NCBI GenBank assembly: GCA_009859145.1
Contig: VRVR01000041.1
Coordinates: 145,566 to 209,565 of the forward strand
Source of the DNA: Andalucia godoyi And28
Taxonomy: Eukaryota > Protista > Jakobida
Direction of reading: 5' to 3'
DNA length: 64,000 bases
Part shown: positions 19,497 to 30,729 of the stretch, piece by piece
How positions within the stretch are numbered: the stretch's first letter is position 1
Layout of the letters: each line of letters opens with the position of its first letter
Notes under the pieces: model-generated
What the model was told of the DNA's origin: nothing
Seen by the model: the letters and a program-made list of their open reading frames with translations, nothing else
The model's database searches: none
Made by a program: the position numbers and the translations under genes

Positions 19497-21782
19497 TTAA
19501 GAGGAATACATGTCGAGGCCTTGCTGAACAGCGGGATCCCAAATCTTGATGCAGCCGTCATCGGAAGCAGAGAACACTCGCGCACCAGCATGCGCAAGTC
19601 CGTAAATGAAACTAGCATGGGCTTCATCAAAGATGCGGACTACTGGGGGAACATCGTCTCGGCCCACTTGGGCAGCGCGTTGCAAGATTGCCCATCTCCA
19701 AAACACACAAATTCTTCCGTCCACACCACATGACCAAACGTGCCGTGGACCCACGCACGCAATGGAGCGCACCGTGTTTGCATGTCCTTCCAAGACAAAC
19801 ACACGCGAAAGCCGCTTAATTGGTTCTTCCGAAACGGAGCTTGGAAGGAGCGTGACCCATTGCCACACCTCGATTGGGCCCCCAGAGACTCCAGCATAGA
19901 TCTCTCCTGTTGCGGCTGTGCACAGGCTCCACACTTCAGCACTTGTTTGGGCTTTGCAGACCTCTACATTCTTCAACAGATCAAACACAGAAATGTTAAA
20001 ATCCGAAGACCCTGCAAACAAGTACCGCTGGTCCAGCGACAGAGTCAACGACAGCACACGAGCCGTCTGAGACGGCGAAGCACGGAACTCTCCACAGAAC
20101 GAACCTTGCGCAACCACAGCAGCAGCATTGTCCGAGATAATTTGTTCGGGAGTTGCGTCATAGAAGCGAATCATACCGTCCGACGTACCAGCTGCAATAA
20201 GCCGACTTGCAGGGATGTGGCACAGTGACCACACAGGAGTTGGCAGTGGTTCTGAAGAATCCGCAGCATTGGAAACAGAAGGCGGAAGCGCCTGCTGCGG
20301 ATACGCAGGAATAACCGATGTACACAGATTGGAATCTAGATTCCAGATGCGGATCGTTCCATCATACGAGCCAGATGCAATTCTTCGGGGTGGTATGCTC
20401 ACTGCTGCGTCCAGAGAAACAATCGAGCACACGGTTTTTGTGTGCCCATGGAGCGTGGTTAGATGTGCCAAGGAGGCTTGGTTGTACACGTGGATTGCTC
20501 CAGTTGAATCGCCGCAGCACACGAACGGTCCACAGACAGTGATTGGCCACAGGAAGGGCACGTCGGCACCATCAGAAAGGAACATCCCTTCGTGGGGTCG
20601 AATCGTAAAGACATTCTCGTAAGCGTCGATTTGCGAGTCGAGCAGCGCAGGTTGCATTTGAATGGTGGTGGTGCTCGATTGCGAGAATCCAGACGAAGCA
20701 GATAGCGTATCCTCATCCATTGGGTTCACAATCCGTCCGAAAGCTTCGATTTGTGTCGCTAACCCAGTTTCAATACCCGAAGCATCAAATGCGATCTGCG
20801 AGCCTTTGCGAGAAAATTCAGCAGCACGCTCCACTGCTTCATGCAGCGTTTCCTGCTGTGACAGCACGCTTCTCCATCTGCCATCCATGACGTGGCGGAC
20901 AGCCAGTAGCTCCTCGAGCGTGCATGTTTGGAACAGTCCGTAAGAAGCCGAGGTGGTGCTTCGCAGTTTTTCGTGTTGGGACTCCACTGCTGTCGAGACG
21001 GAAGCAACAGCGCCTCTTGACTTCATGAGCACCAGATCCAAATCCGCAAGCAGATCCGCCTTTCGTTGTTCCAGCAGATGAATCATGGCGTCGATCGACC
21101 GGGAAATCGAATCCTTCATTCCATTTGCGCTTTCTTCTAACTTGGCAGACGCCTGGCCCATGTCTGTCGCAGTCTTTTGGAACCATGTGTCCTGAGCAGC
21201 GGCGTCGGAAAGAAACGTGGCCAAGTCTCTTCTCCAGACTTTCAGCGCGTCTTGAATCGAGCAATGTCGATGTCCCTTTGCGGGTCCTAGTAGCAAGCAA
21301 AACGCACAAACGGCCTTTTTATCATCCAGGTCCCAAAACACGAGCTCCTGGTTGGGATGAACCGGGCACGGGGGCTTCGTTTCGGGGATGGGCTTATTGT
21401 CCACAACCGACGCAACAAATCGGCCATATGGATCATTCGGACTGACACTCAGCGCAGCACACGTTTCCCTGCACACAGGACATGAAACGACGTTTCCATC
21501 TGTACTATTTTCCGCCGTAATTGACGCAAGAGATGCGGCATCGACCGAGTGCAGGCAAGGCAGAATGACCGGGTTTCTCATCGGCTCCTGTGAGATCGGA
21601 CACCGCATTTGCTCTGGAACAGAAGGAACATTTTGAAGAAGCGTAGTCGAAGCCTGCAGATCCCAAAACACATCTAACAGACGAGGAACAGCCTTGGACG
21701 ACCCAGGAGTCATCGGCGTCGATCCACCACCTCCATGGTGCTGCGACGTCCCAGACACTGTTCGCAAATGTGCCGCACTCAT
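19497..21782 (-). CDS. RING/U-box-like + B-box + coiled coil + WD40 protein (TRIM-like E3 ligase)
   Basis: CPISQEPMRNPVILPCLHSVD...CPVCR; B-box CPVHPNQELVFWDLDDKKAVCAFCLLLGPAKGHRH; a coiled coil; and WD40 repeats (GHTKTVCSI...SGSYDGTIRIWN). Confidence 0.75.
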   Translation of the reverse strand: MSAAHLRTVSGTSQHHGGGGSTPMTPGSSKAVPRLLDVFWDLQASTTLLQNVPSVPEQMRCPISQEPMRNPVILPCLHSVDAASLASITAENSTDGNVVSCPVCRETCAALSVSPNDPYGRFVASVVDNKPIPETKPPCPVHPNQELVFWDLDDKKAVCAFCLLLGPAKGHRHCSIQDALKVWRRDLATFLSDAAAQDTWFQKTATDMGQASAKLEESANGMKDSISRSIDAMIHLLEQRKADLLADLDLVLMKSRGAVASVSTAVESQHEKLRSTTSASYGLFQTCTLEELLAVRHVMDGRWRSVLSQQETLHEAVERAAEFSRKGSQIAFDASGIETGLATQIEAFGRIVNPMDEDTLSASSGFSQSSTTTIQMQPALLDSQIDAYENVFTIRPHEGMFLSDGADVPFLWPITVCGPFVCCGDSTGAIHVYNQASLAHLTTLHGHTKTVCSIVSLDAAVSIPPRRIASGSYDGTIRIWNLDSNLCTSVIPAYPQQALPPSVSNAADSSEPLPTPVWSLCHIPASRLIAAGTSDGMIRFYDATPEQIISDNAAAVVAQGSFCGEFRASPSQTARVLSLTLSLDQRYLFAGSSDFNISVFDLLKNVEVCKAQTSAEVWSLCTAATGEIYAGVSGGPIEVWQWVTLLPSSVSEEPIKRLSRVFVLEGHANTVRSIACVGPRHVWSCGVDGRICVFWRWAILQRAAQVGRDDVPPVVRIFDEAHASFIYGLAHAGARVFSASDDGCIKIWDPAVQQGLDMYSS

Positions 21783-22292
21783 TTCTCACTTGCTCACTAT
21801 TGCTCTCTCACTTTTATGTAGAAATGATAAAAATAGAAATTTGCAGAGATGGGTGTCATCTAGAAGAAGAAGAAAGAGAAAACTTATAAAAACATGCAAA
21901 CAAAAACAAGCTATCAACAAATAACAACAACAAAAGTCTGCAAAAAGAAGGAGGGGAAAGTACTAGGAAAAGGGAGCGGGTGGTTGTGTCTACTACAGTC
22001 CGCAGCTTCTGCAAAAGTTTTCCAACGACCAAAGTCCGTAGTCCAAATCCCATTTCATCATTCTCTTTTGCTTTTTCCCTTACTTCATTTGCCTTTGCTT
22101 TTTGCCTTTTGCCTTTCTTTCTTCTTCTCCATTTCTTTTTTCACCCGATTTTTTTTTTTGTTGTTGTTGTTGTTGCACATTTGCACCTCTTCTCCATTAT
22201 TTTATGTGCTTTCGTAGTCTTCGCATCGACTAAAGAGCCACTCGTAGTAGTTTCGTCTTTTATTCGACCTTCCTTCCCTTTTCCCCCGAGAA

Positions 22293-24620
22293 ATGTTTCC
22301 TAACCATTCGATCTACTCGGCGTACGTAAAGTCGTCCAGGCTTCAGGCTCCCAATTCTTCAACTCCATCATCATCATCATCATCAACAACTACATCATCA
22401 TTACAACATCAGCAGCATCAGCATCATCCACACGGACAACAGATGGTGCTTCCTCAAACCCCATCGAGCTCTTCGCCATTCTACACAGCGCAGCCATCGT
22501 CCCCGCTGAGTTCGCCCAACTCACCGGGAAAGCCACCGTCTCCCGAGAAGCGCAAGAAGCATTCCAACGCGTCAACAAAGTCGTCCCCTCATTCTCCGTT
22601 TACTGCAACGGGATCCGTCGAGATCACGGATGTGAACCAGATTCCAAGTCGGTTTCGCGAGTCGGTCGCGGGTCTTGAAAGGGCGTTTCAGGCGAAGCTG
22701 TCGGTTGTGCATGCAAAGACGGTGGAAAACGACGTGCATCATTTCAAGAGCCAGATGAAGCACATTGTGCAGTACTTGCTCAGAAGCATTGAGACGATGG
22801 CGAATGGATATGTGGCTGAAATCGAGTTCTGGAAGGCCAAGGCAGACGACACGGAACGAAGAGTCGAGGCAGAAAAAAAGGAAAAGGAAGATTACTGGCA
22901 GAGGTACTGCAGAGTCCATAAGGAATATATGGAGCTGGCGGAGCAAATGAGGCTGGAAGGTCGGACTCGCATGGGAAGCCGAGATTCTCTGGATTCATTT
23001 GGCGAAAATGAAGAACGCGCACAATCGGAGACGCAGCAGCAGCCGCAGCCGCAGCCGCAGCAGGGGCATCGAAGCGGATCGAACAGCGCGAGTTCATCGA
23101 GAAACACTTCGCCGTCGCGAGCGCCAGGATCTACTGGTGCCAAGACGGACGAGAATTCTGGGTCTTCGCAAATGAAGAGTACGGAATCGACAGAACAGAC
23201 AGAAGTCAACATCGCCGAAAAGTCTCCATCCAAAGTCGAACCTGCCGCCCGGTCAGGAAGCCAAGATTCTCGCGACCAAACTTCAGAATCACAACCGCAA
23301 GTACAACCACAAGCAGAACCGCAAGTACAACCACAAGCAGAACAACAGTCCGAGTTAACGTCTGCTCCAGAATCGAAGGCACAACCCGAGTTGGCGGCTT
23401 CGGGTCAAACTGCAACAGCACAAGAGCAGCAAAAGGAGGAAGCCCAGCCGAAGGCCATTGAATCGGTGAAGAATGTAGAAAAGAGATCCGCTTCTCCAAA
23501 GTCGCCTCGGCATGTCTCGTTTGCAGAGCCCACGGATGCAGACCGAAAACCGACGTCACAACCACAACAAGCACGACAGTCGCAACAGTCGCAGCAACAA
23601 GCAGAAGTTGTGGAAGAACCGTCCGCAGAGGCGGAGGAGCCTGAAAAGAAGGACCAGAATGATGCTGTTCCTCCACCACGGAGCCGACAGGGCTCGATTG
23701 CTGGATCGCGAGTAACGCAAGAGCAGCGCCAGGCCGAAAGAGAACAAAGAGCAAAAGAGGAAGCGGAACTTGCACAGTACCGTAACACGTCCGAAACGGC
23801 GCCGGCGCAGTCAGATTCAGCAGTGCTCCAGTCGACCGCGGAGCAACCAGCATCCAGTGTTTCGTCTCCTTCTCCTTCTTCTCCTCCTTCTTCTCAAGAT
23901 GCACCAGCGAAGGACTCCGGAGAACCTGCTCCGCAACGGCAACAGCCACGTGAACCAGAGAAAGAAGCGAATGGTTCTGCAGCGTCTGCGCCTACTACTC
24001 CAAATTCCAGTAGCTCTCCGCCGCAGACACGGACTTCGTCATCTGAGTCTGGTACATCAGAAGCTGCTGCGCGTACGCGTTCGCCGTCCACCAGGTCTAC
24101 GAATCCATCCGCAACCCCGGCTGCGACTGCCGCTCCTGCTGCTGCCACAGCTGCAGAACAAAAAGATGAGACTGCCCAGGCTTCATCTGCACCCGCTCCG
24201 GGGCCCTCGTCTTCGTCGGCCGCGTCTTCTCGGAGCGGATCTCCCGAAGCTTCTCCCGCAAACAGTTCCAGCACGTCACCGACAGCGGGTGCGGCGACAG
24301 AGCGCAAGCCGCTGGATGAGCGGTGGAAGAAGTTGCTGGATGCAATGCCTGCATCGTCAGACAATGCAGTATCGTCTAAAAGAAGAGCCGATACGATCAA
24401 CACAACGTCTCACAAGGATGGGCCGTATGTTCCATTGTTGGGCAGATCGCAGCAACTGGGAATCAGCACCAAGGTTGGGGATGAATCGGGATCTGGAGAA
24501 GATGCGCAGTCCAACGTGGACAAGGAGCGCTTGCGCCGTCGTGTTCGAGACATCGTGAACCAGCGGCTCAAAGAACGCGGTGTGTACAACAACAATCCAG
24601 ATGCTTCGGAGCCTGCGTAA
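22293..24620 (+). CDS. Hypothetical S/Q/P/A-rich protein with N-terminal coiled coil
   Basis: 775-aa ORF with ATG start and coding-like composition; no recognised domain. Confidence 0.75.
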   Translation: MFPNHSIYSAYVKSSRLQAPNSSTPSSSSSSTTTSSLQHQQHQHHPHGQQMVLPQTPSSSSPFYTAQPSSPLSSPNSPGKPPSPEKRKKHSNASTKSSPHSPFTATGSVEITDVNQIPSRFRESVAGLERAFQAKLSVVHAKTVENDVHHFKSQMKHIVQYLLRSIETMANGYVAEIEFWKAKADDTERRVEAEKKEKEDYWQRYCRVHKEYMELAEQMRLEGRTRMGSRDSLDSFGENEERAQSETQQQPQPQPQQGHRSGSNSASSSRNTSPSRAPGSTGAKTDENSGSSQMKSTESTEQTEVNIAEKSPSKVEPAARSGSQDSRDQTSESQPQVQPQAEPQVQPQAEQQSELTSAPESKAQPELAASGQTATAQEQQKEEAQPKAIESVKNVEKRSASPKSPRHVSFAEPTDADRKPTSQPQQARQSQQSQQQAEVVEEPSAEAEEPEKKDQNDAVPPPRSRQGSIAGSRVTQEQRQAEREQRAKEEAELAQYRNTSETAPAQSDSAVLQSTAEQPASSVSSPSPSSPPSSQDAPAKDSGEPAPQRQQPREPEKEANGSAASAPTTPNSSSSPPQTRTSSSESGTSEAAARTRSPSTRSTNPSATPAATAAPAAATAAEQKDETAQASSAPAPGPSSSSAASSRSGSPEASPANSSSTSPTAGAATERKPLDERWKKLLDAMPASSDNAVSSKRRADTINTTSHKDGPYVPLLGRSQQLGISTKVGDESGSGEDAQSNVDKERLRRRVRDIVNQRLKERGVYNNNPDASEPA

Positions 24621-24772
24621 ATAGGAATTCCAGCACGCGACCATTTCTTCACTGCAAAATGCTTACGTACCCAAAGAAAACTTCATTCCTGATCAATGCC
24701 AGCCTTTCTTTTTTTTTTTTTTAATACTACTGTTGGTCACGGAGAGTCTATGTGCATTCTACAGAAATCTGC

Positions 24773-25490
24773 TTATGCCTTCTTGGGGGCAGCCTTCGGC
24801 TTCTGTGCGGCCTTGGAGGCAGCGGCAGCGGCGGCGGGCTTCTTCTCCTTCTTGGTATCCTTTGACTGCTTGTCCTTGAGATCCTTCAAGACCTTCTTGA
24901 CGAGCTTGGCCTCCTCAACGAGGAAGGCACGGAGAACACGCTCGCGAACCTGACCTCCGGTCAAAACACCACCATAGGGGCGTGCAACGGTCTTTGCACT
25001 CTTTCCAAGGCGGCTGTATGAAGAGGGACGGAGGCGCTTGAGCTAATTCATCAGAAACAACAAAAAGAAATTAGTAACACAGGTTCATCTTCAAAAGAAA
25101 GCGGAGAGGAGAAGGGATAAAACAAGGCACAAAAATGTCCATGGAGAATGGAACACAAAGAAGAAGAATTGGGTGACATGGAACGTGGTCTGAAGGAAAC
25201 ACACACAGACGCCACGACTCTTTTGATCCACATCCAACAAAAAACGACAAAACACTCAAGAAGAGAAAATGAGGAAGGGAGAGGAAGAGGAAGGGAGAGA
25301 GAAAGAAAGAAACGACACATACACCCTGGAGTGCCTGTCCACCGAGGTTGTGCGGTGCATGAACGCCCTTGCTTGCCTTGGTGAGGTACTGGACAACAAG
25401 GCGTCCACCGGGGGTCTTGACGACCTTGGTGGCGTTCGCTGCAGTGTTGTACGAGTGGCGGCGGCGGTAGGTGACACGAGTATCCAACAT
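24773..25490 (-). CDS. RPL34: 60S ribosomal protein eL34; exons 25323-25490 and 24773-25042
   Basis: [16 protein letters not shown]...[13 protein letters not shown]...LQG|LKRLRP...[26 protein letters not shown]. The intron 25043-25322 is GTATGT...TACTAAT...TAG. Confidence 0.93.
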
Positions 25491-25680
25491 TGTGTGATTA
25501 AAGGAAACAAGACTCTCGAAAAGCACAAGCAAGAGGGAAAAAGAAGAGAAAGCAAATCACGTGTGAATTGGAAAAATTGTTATTCGTGTTTTCCGATCCG
25601 CAAGGAAGGGGTTAAAGGAGGGGCAATGGTGCCCTAGCCGAGCCTATCGTTGTTTTTGGCATGCAGAAAGTTTGAGTCCT

Positions 25681-25736
25681 TAACCCTAGCTGCCGGATCA
25701 TTCCCGGTTCTGGAAATCCGGTGTTCATTAGGGTAA
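25681..25736. promoter_or_regulatory. Inverted telo-box pair between divergent RPL34 and DBP2
   Basis: TAACCCTA at 25681-25688 and TTAGGGTAA at 25728-25736. Confidence 0.5.
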
Positions 25737-26015
25737 CGAGGGCCCTGTCGGGGGACAGAGGGAAAAAAGCCTTTGGAAAAAAATAAATCCTTCTACGGCA
25801 GGCGGCAAGTGGGAGGGTTGAGAAAAAAAAAATCAAGCATCATGTGACGCAGCAGACTTTCGCTCTTCCAGATCCTGCTCATACATTTTTTTTTTCACGT
25901 TAATCATTCGTTCTTCTCGTTTCTGGTTTCCTTAGGTTTCCTTTTGATCTCAATCAATTCGGACGAATCTTCTTGTCATTATTCATCCGTAACGTTGTGC
26001 TTTTGATCTCCTTGT

Positions 26016-29001
26016 ATGTTCTTTGCCCTCGCAACATCTCGAAGGCAGCTCGCATCTTGCACAAAACCACTTTTTGCACCCAGACTTTCGCTTTCGGCGC
26101 TTTCCTCATCGTTGCAGTTCCTCCGGCTTTCATCTTCGGAAACCTCGAACCCTTCAGGAAACACTTCTCCTTCTGCTCCTCCTGCCCCCTCCCCTTCTCC
26201 TTCGACTTTGAACAATCTTTCTGTTCCATCGACTTCATCCTTGCTTTCTGATTCCCAGGCAAGCTTTGCTGATAGCAACCGACCAAGACGCAGAATGTAC
26301 AAGGATCGCTCTTACGAAGACCGCGGATTTGACGACTCTTCCCGTGGAGGCCGCAAGACCACTTTTGACCGTGACGCCTCTCCTCCTCGCTCTGGGGGCG
26401 GAGACTATGGCAGAGGTCGATCGTTCGGTGGAGAACGTCCGTCCTCTTCCTCCTATGATGCGCCGTCCTATGGATCATCATCCTCTCGTGGAGGCTACAA
26501 TGATCGCAGCTCTGGATATGGCGGTGGACGCAGCTCGCCTTCTTATGGAGGCGGCTCTCGTGGGGGTTCGTATGATTCGTCGGCTCCTCGTTCGTATGGT
26601 GGCGGATATGGCGGTCGCGAAACTTCTTCATACGGCGGCAGCAGTGGTGCTGGCGGTGGATACTCGCGTGGTGGTGTAGATAGCTATGGGGCCAAGCCTG
26701 TAGATGGTGCGACCTCTGGGTACGGCGCTCCGCAAGAAGAGGCTAGTCCCTCCACGCCAGAGCCTTTCACCAAGAACTTCTACAAGGAGCATCCGGATGT
26801 CACTGCGCGTACTGACCGTGAGATTGCAGACTACCTCAAGGAACACACTGTGTTGGTGAAGGGCGCCGAGGTTCCAAAGCCACTATTCCGCTTCGAGGAA
26901 GCCGGGTTCCCGTCGTTTGTGCAGGATTCTTTGCGCCGCGCCGGGTTTGAGAAGCCGTCTATCATCCAGTCACAGGCCTGGCCAACATTGCTTTCTGGTC
27001 GCGACTTGATTGCAGTTGCAGAGACTGGTTCTGGAAAGACTCTCGGCTTCATGCTTCCCGCGTTTGTGCACCTTCGTGACCAGCGCCCAATCCGCCACGG
27101 GGAGGGACCCATTGTGTTAGTTCTTGCACCGACTCGTGAACTTGCAATGCAGATCGATGTTGAGACAAAGAAGTTTGCTGGTGCATCCAAGGTTCGTTCT
27201 GCCGTTATCTACGGTGGTCAGCCTCGTGGTGGGCAGATCCGCCAACTGCGCCAGGGAGCCGAAATCGTTGTAGCAACCCCGGGTCGACTGAACGATTTTT
27301 TGCGTGAGGGAATCATCAACTTGAACCGAGTCACTTACCTGGTTCTGGACGAAGCGGATCGCATGTTGGACATGGGATTCGAGCCGCAAATTCGCGAAAT
27401 TGTTGATCAGATCCGTGCCGATCGTCAGACAGCGTTCTTCACGGCCACTTGGCCCAAGGACGTTCGGGAGCTTGCTCGCGACTTCATGTCAGAGGATACT
27501 GTGCAGATCAACGTTGGCTCGACCGAGCTCACAGCAAATCCTCGTGTCAAGCAGGAATTTTATTTCGTTGGAGACCACCAGAAGCAGGACAAACTTTTAG
27601 ACATCATCCGTGACCCGCATGTGAACGATGGCGGGCGCATCCTCGTGTTCGTCGCAAAGAAGGTTGACTGCGATTATGTCGCACGTGCAATCACGCAGCA
27701 CACGGGGCTTCAGGCACTCTCAATTCATGGAGACAAGACACAATCAGAGAGAGACTACACTCTCCAAACGTTCCGTAATGGACGCTGCACTGTGATGGTT
27801 GCAACGGATGTTGCTGCTCGTGGACTTGGTATGTTTTCTTGCCTTTTTCTTTACTGACTTGTGTTTTTTTTTTCTTTTCTTGTTTTTTTTGTTTTTTTTT
27901 TGTTTTGTGGTAATGCATGCATGCATGCACATACAGTATACAGGAAGGAAGGAGGCTTCGAAATGATGACATGAACTTGCGCAAGGCTTCGCGAGACTGG
28001 TTTCCACACTTGGGTCTCGTGGTGCTTTTTGTCGCAGGAGTTGACGTACATGCAAGCATTTCTCTGCTGCAGATCCCGAAATCATTGGATGTAATCCATC
28101 CCGTATCTCGGGGTTTCCAAGGGGAGAGAAGGCTTGCTCGTCAATAGTGGTGTGTGTGTGAGCCCAACTGATTTTCGTCACAGAAAGGGGGGTAATGTGC
28201 AATGAACTGATTTCAATGCGGATGACATTTGTCTGCAGCGGATCAGGTTCCGCGCATTTCCGAGTTGGTCTTGCTAAAAAAAAAAGACATGATTCATACG
28301 GCGTATTTTCCACACTTTTTTGAAATTCTTTGGGTTCTAGCAAATGCAATCCTTTCTTCCGGAAGGATGCCTTGATAACGTGCTCATTGAAGTGGAATGC
28401 GCTGTATGTGCCTTTTCTTCTCACTTCTTCTTGTTTTCTTCCTTGTTTTCCGTCCTTTCCCTCTTATTCTGCCTTTTCGTTTCCTCCTCCCTCCCCCCAT
28501 CCATCTTTCTTCCTTTTATGTTGTTCATGTTTGTGCTTACATTGGTGTTTTCCTCCTCTATTTCATTTTTCTTTCTTCTCTCGTGTAGATGTCAAGGATA
28601 TCAAGCACGTCATCAACTACGACATGCCGAACGGTGTTGAAGATTACATCCATCGCATTGGACGTACTGCTCGTGCTGGTACGGAGGGTACTGCGCATTC
28701 CTTCTTCACCCCGTCTTCCAATCCGCTGGCTGCTGAGCTCTTCAAGATTCTGGAAGAGGCTGGTCAGGAGATTCCCGCGGAGCTCCGCGACATGGCTCGT
28801 CATCAGTTGGAGCGCCAAATGGCCTCTCGCCGTCGTTATGGTTTCTCCCGTGGATTCTCTGGATCTCGTGGAGGCAAGCCGTCGAATTCTGGCGGACGCG
28901 GTGGCGGATATGGCGGCGGATACGGCGGTGGTCGCAGTGGTGGATATGGAAACGGCGGATCTGGCGGATATGGCGGATATGGCAATGGCAGCAAGTGGTG
29001 A
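26016..29001 (+). CDS. DBP2: DEAD-box RNA helicase DBP2/DDX5; exons 26016-27828 and 28589-29001
   Basis: Q motif, [35 protein letters not shown]|DV and [12 protein letters not shown], plus RGG tails. The phase-1 intron 27829-28588 is GTATGT...TAG. A second in-frame ATG lies at 26295. Confidence 0.93.
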
Positions 29002-29196
29002 TCTTCTCTGCTTGTGATAGAAGGTGAAAATTGTTTATTTGTATCGTGGCAGAACGTGATAAATTACGGAGGACAGGAATCTCCCAGGACCCTGGAGATG
29101 AAATAAAAAAAAGTAAAATAAAACTGTGTACACACTTTCCGGAAGAAGAGTAGCTGTCGCAGGAAGAAACACGCACAGCTGTCCCACAAACTCCAC

Positions 29197-30249
29197 TCAA
29201 TCAACCTCTCTCATTGGGTCTCGCGGTAGCAAAGGAAGCGACTGCTTGGAGCGGCCGTCGTCGTGGTCACGGTCATGCTGAGGATTGGAGCAGGTAGCCG
29301 CTAAACATGCAGCCGCGCTTCTCCTTTCATGGTTGTCCGGCTCTGCGAGACCGTGCTCCTTCTCTTGCGGGGCCACTGCACCTTCCAAGCACTCCGCTCC
29401 ATTTGCAGCAAACTCAAAGTCGGATTCATCCACTTCAATGTCTCCGAGCTTGAAGTCCAAGTTGCCGTATGAGAACCCGAGTGCCTTGTCCACGTGTCGA
29501 ACAAGCGCAAGCATGCTCTTCTTGTTTTCCACGCCAAGCATTGCAAATGACACGAGAGAGTAGTCTGCGAGCACCTCGACCATTGTTGCGGCCAGCTTCT
29601 TCTTGCGCATGTCGGCCGCGGTTTTTCGGGGCATTTTCGTCACGAGGTTCTCCAAGCCTTGCCCCGAGGCATAGAATCCCGGGTCAAAATCAAAGGACCA
29701 TTTGTGCTGTGGAAGAAGATCGCATTTTGACAAGACGTTGATATGAGGAAGCTCGAGCCGCATCATGCATCCGAGAGAGCACATGCAGACTGCCAGAAAT
29801 GCGCCTGGATCTGCACAGTATACTGCATCCACGAGATGCACAGCACACATTCGAATCTCGCACTCCTTCTGCAACCTTGCCAGCAAGCGCTGTGCAGTCT
29901 CATCGTGCGTCCAAAGCTCTCCTTGTCCCGGAAAGTCAATAACGACCGTCGTGCCACTCTGCAAGTGTCTGTTCAGCCGCACCACCAACCAGTCCAGATT
30001 CGCCAGCACATACTGCATCGCACACAGCAGCGCCCCGTTCGGACCAAGCCTCAGAACCTCTGCCATCGTCGCAAGATCCACCAGGTCCCGTACATCAATA
30101 TCCGGCGTGTACGACACATGTTCGGCCGCTGGATCCAGATTCACAAGCACGTGCTTGCGATTCAGCGCTCCGTACAGCTGGCCTAACGCTGCCGTGCACG
30201 TGGACTTTCCTGACCCAGGCGGCCCAACTACCACTATCCCGTACTTCAT
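29197..30249 (-). CDS. GPN2: GPN-loop GTPase 2
   Basis: GPPGSGKST, VNLDPAAE, LGPNGALL, DFPGQGELWTH and HINVLSKCDL. Confidence 0.88.
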   Translation of the reverse strand: MKYGIVVVGPPGSGKSTCTAALGQLYGALNRKHVLVNLDPAAEHVSYTPDIDVRDLVDLATMAEVLRLGPNGALLCAMQYVLANLDWLVVRLNRHLQSGTTVVIDFPGQGELWTHDETAQRLLARLQKECEIRMCAVHLVDAVYCADPGAFLAVCMCSLGCMMRLELPHINVLSKCDLLPQHKWSFDFDPGFYASGQGLENLVTKMPRKTAADMRKKKLAATMVEVLADYSLVSFAMLGVENKKSMLALVRHVDKALGFSYGNLDFKLGDIEVDESDFEFAANGAECLEGAVAPQEKEHGLAEPDNHERRSAAACLAATCSNPQHDRDHDDGRSKQSLPLLPRDPMREVD

Positions 30250-30729
30250 TCGGAAGTCAAGACAAAAAAATTATAATATCACACCCTCTTCCTACCTCGT
30301 GTTCTTCTCTCTCTCTCTCTCTCTCTCTCTCCCTCTCCCTCTCTTTCTCTCTCCCATATATATACAGCTGTGTGGCTGGAGAAGCATTCGGACAATAAAC
30401 CCCCCGACATGCACTTTTTCTCCACATCTTCCAAATGCATCAATTGATGCTGCTCCGTAAGTCGCAACGCACAAGCTATTTTTGGAGTCGGAGTTGGTGC
30501 AATAAATCTCGTTCCCGAAAGAGTGTTGTGCTTATATAAACGCTTTGAGTGCCTTTTTTTTTTACTTTTAAAATAATGATTTATTATGTTAAATAAAGAA
30601 GCAGTGATTTAAAAAATATAATCATATACAAAACAACCGAATTCAATTTTGACATTCCTCGCAATACGTCCTCTGTTCCCCCCCTGGTTTGTCGCTTGCT
30701 CTCTCGTGTCTTGCTCTGCTGTCTGGCTC

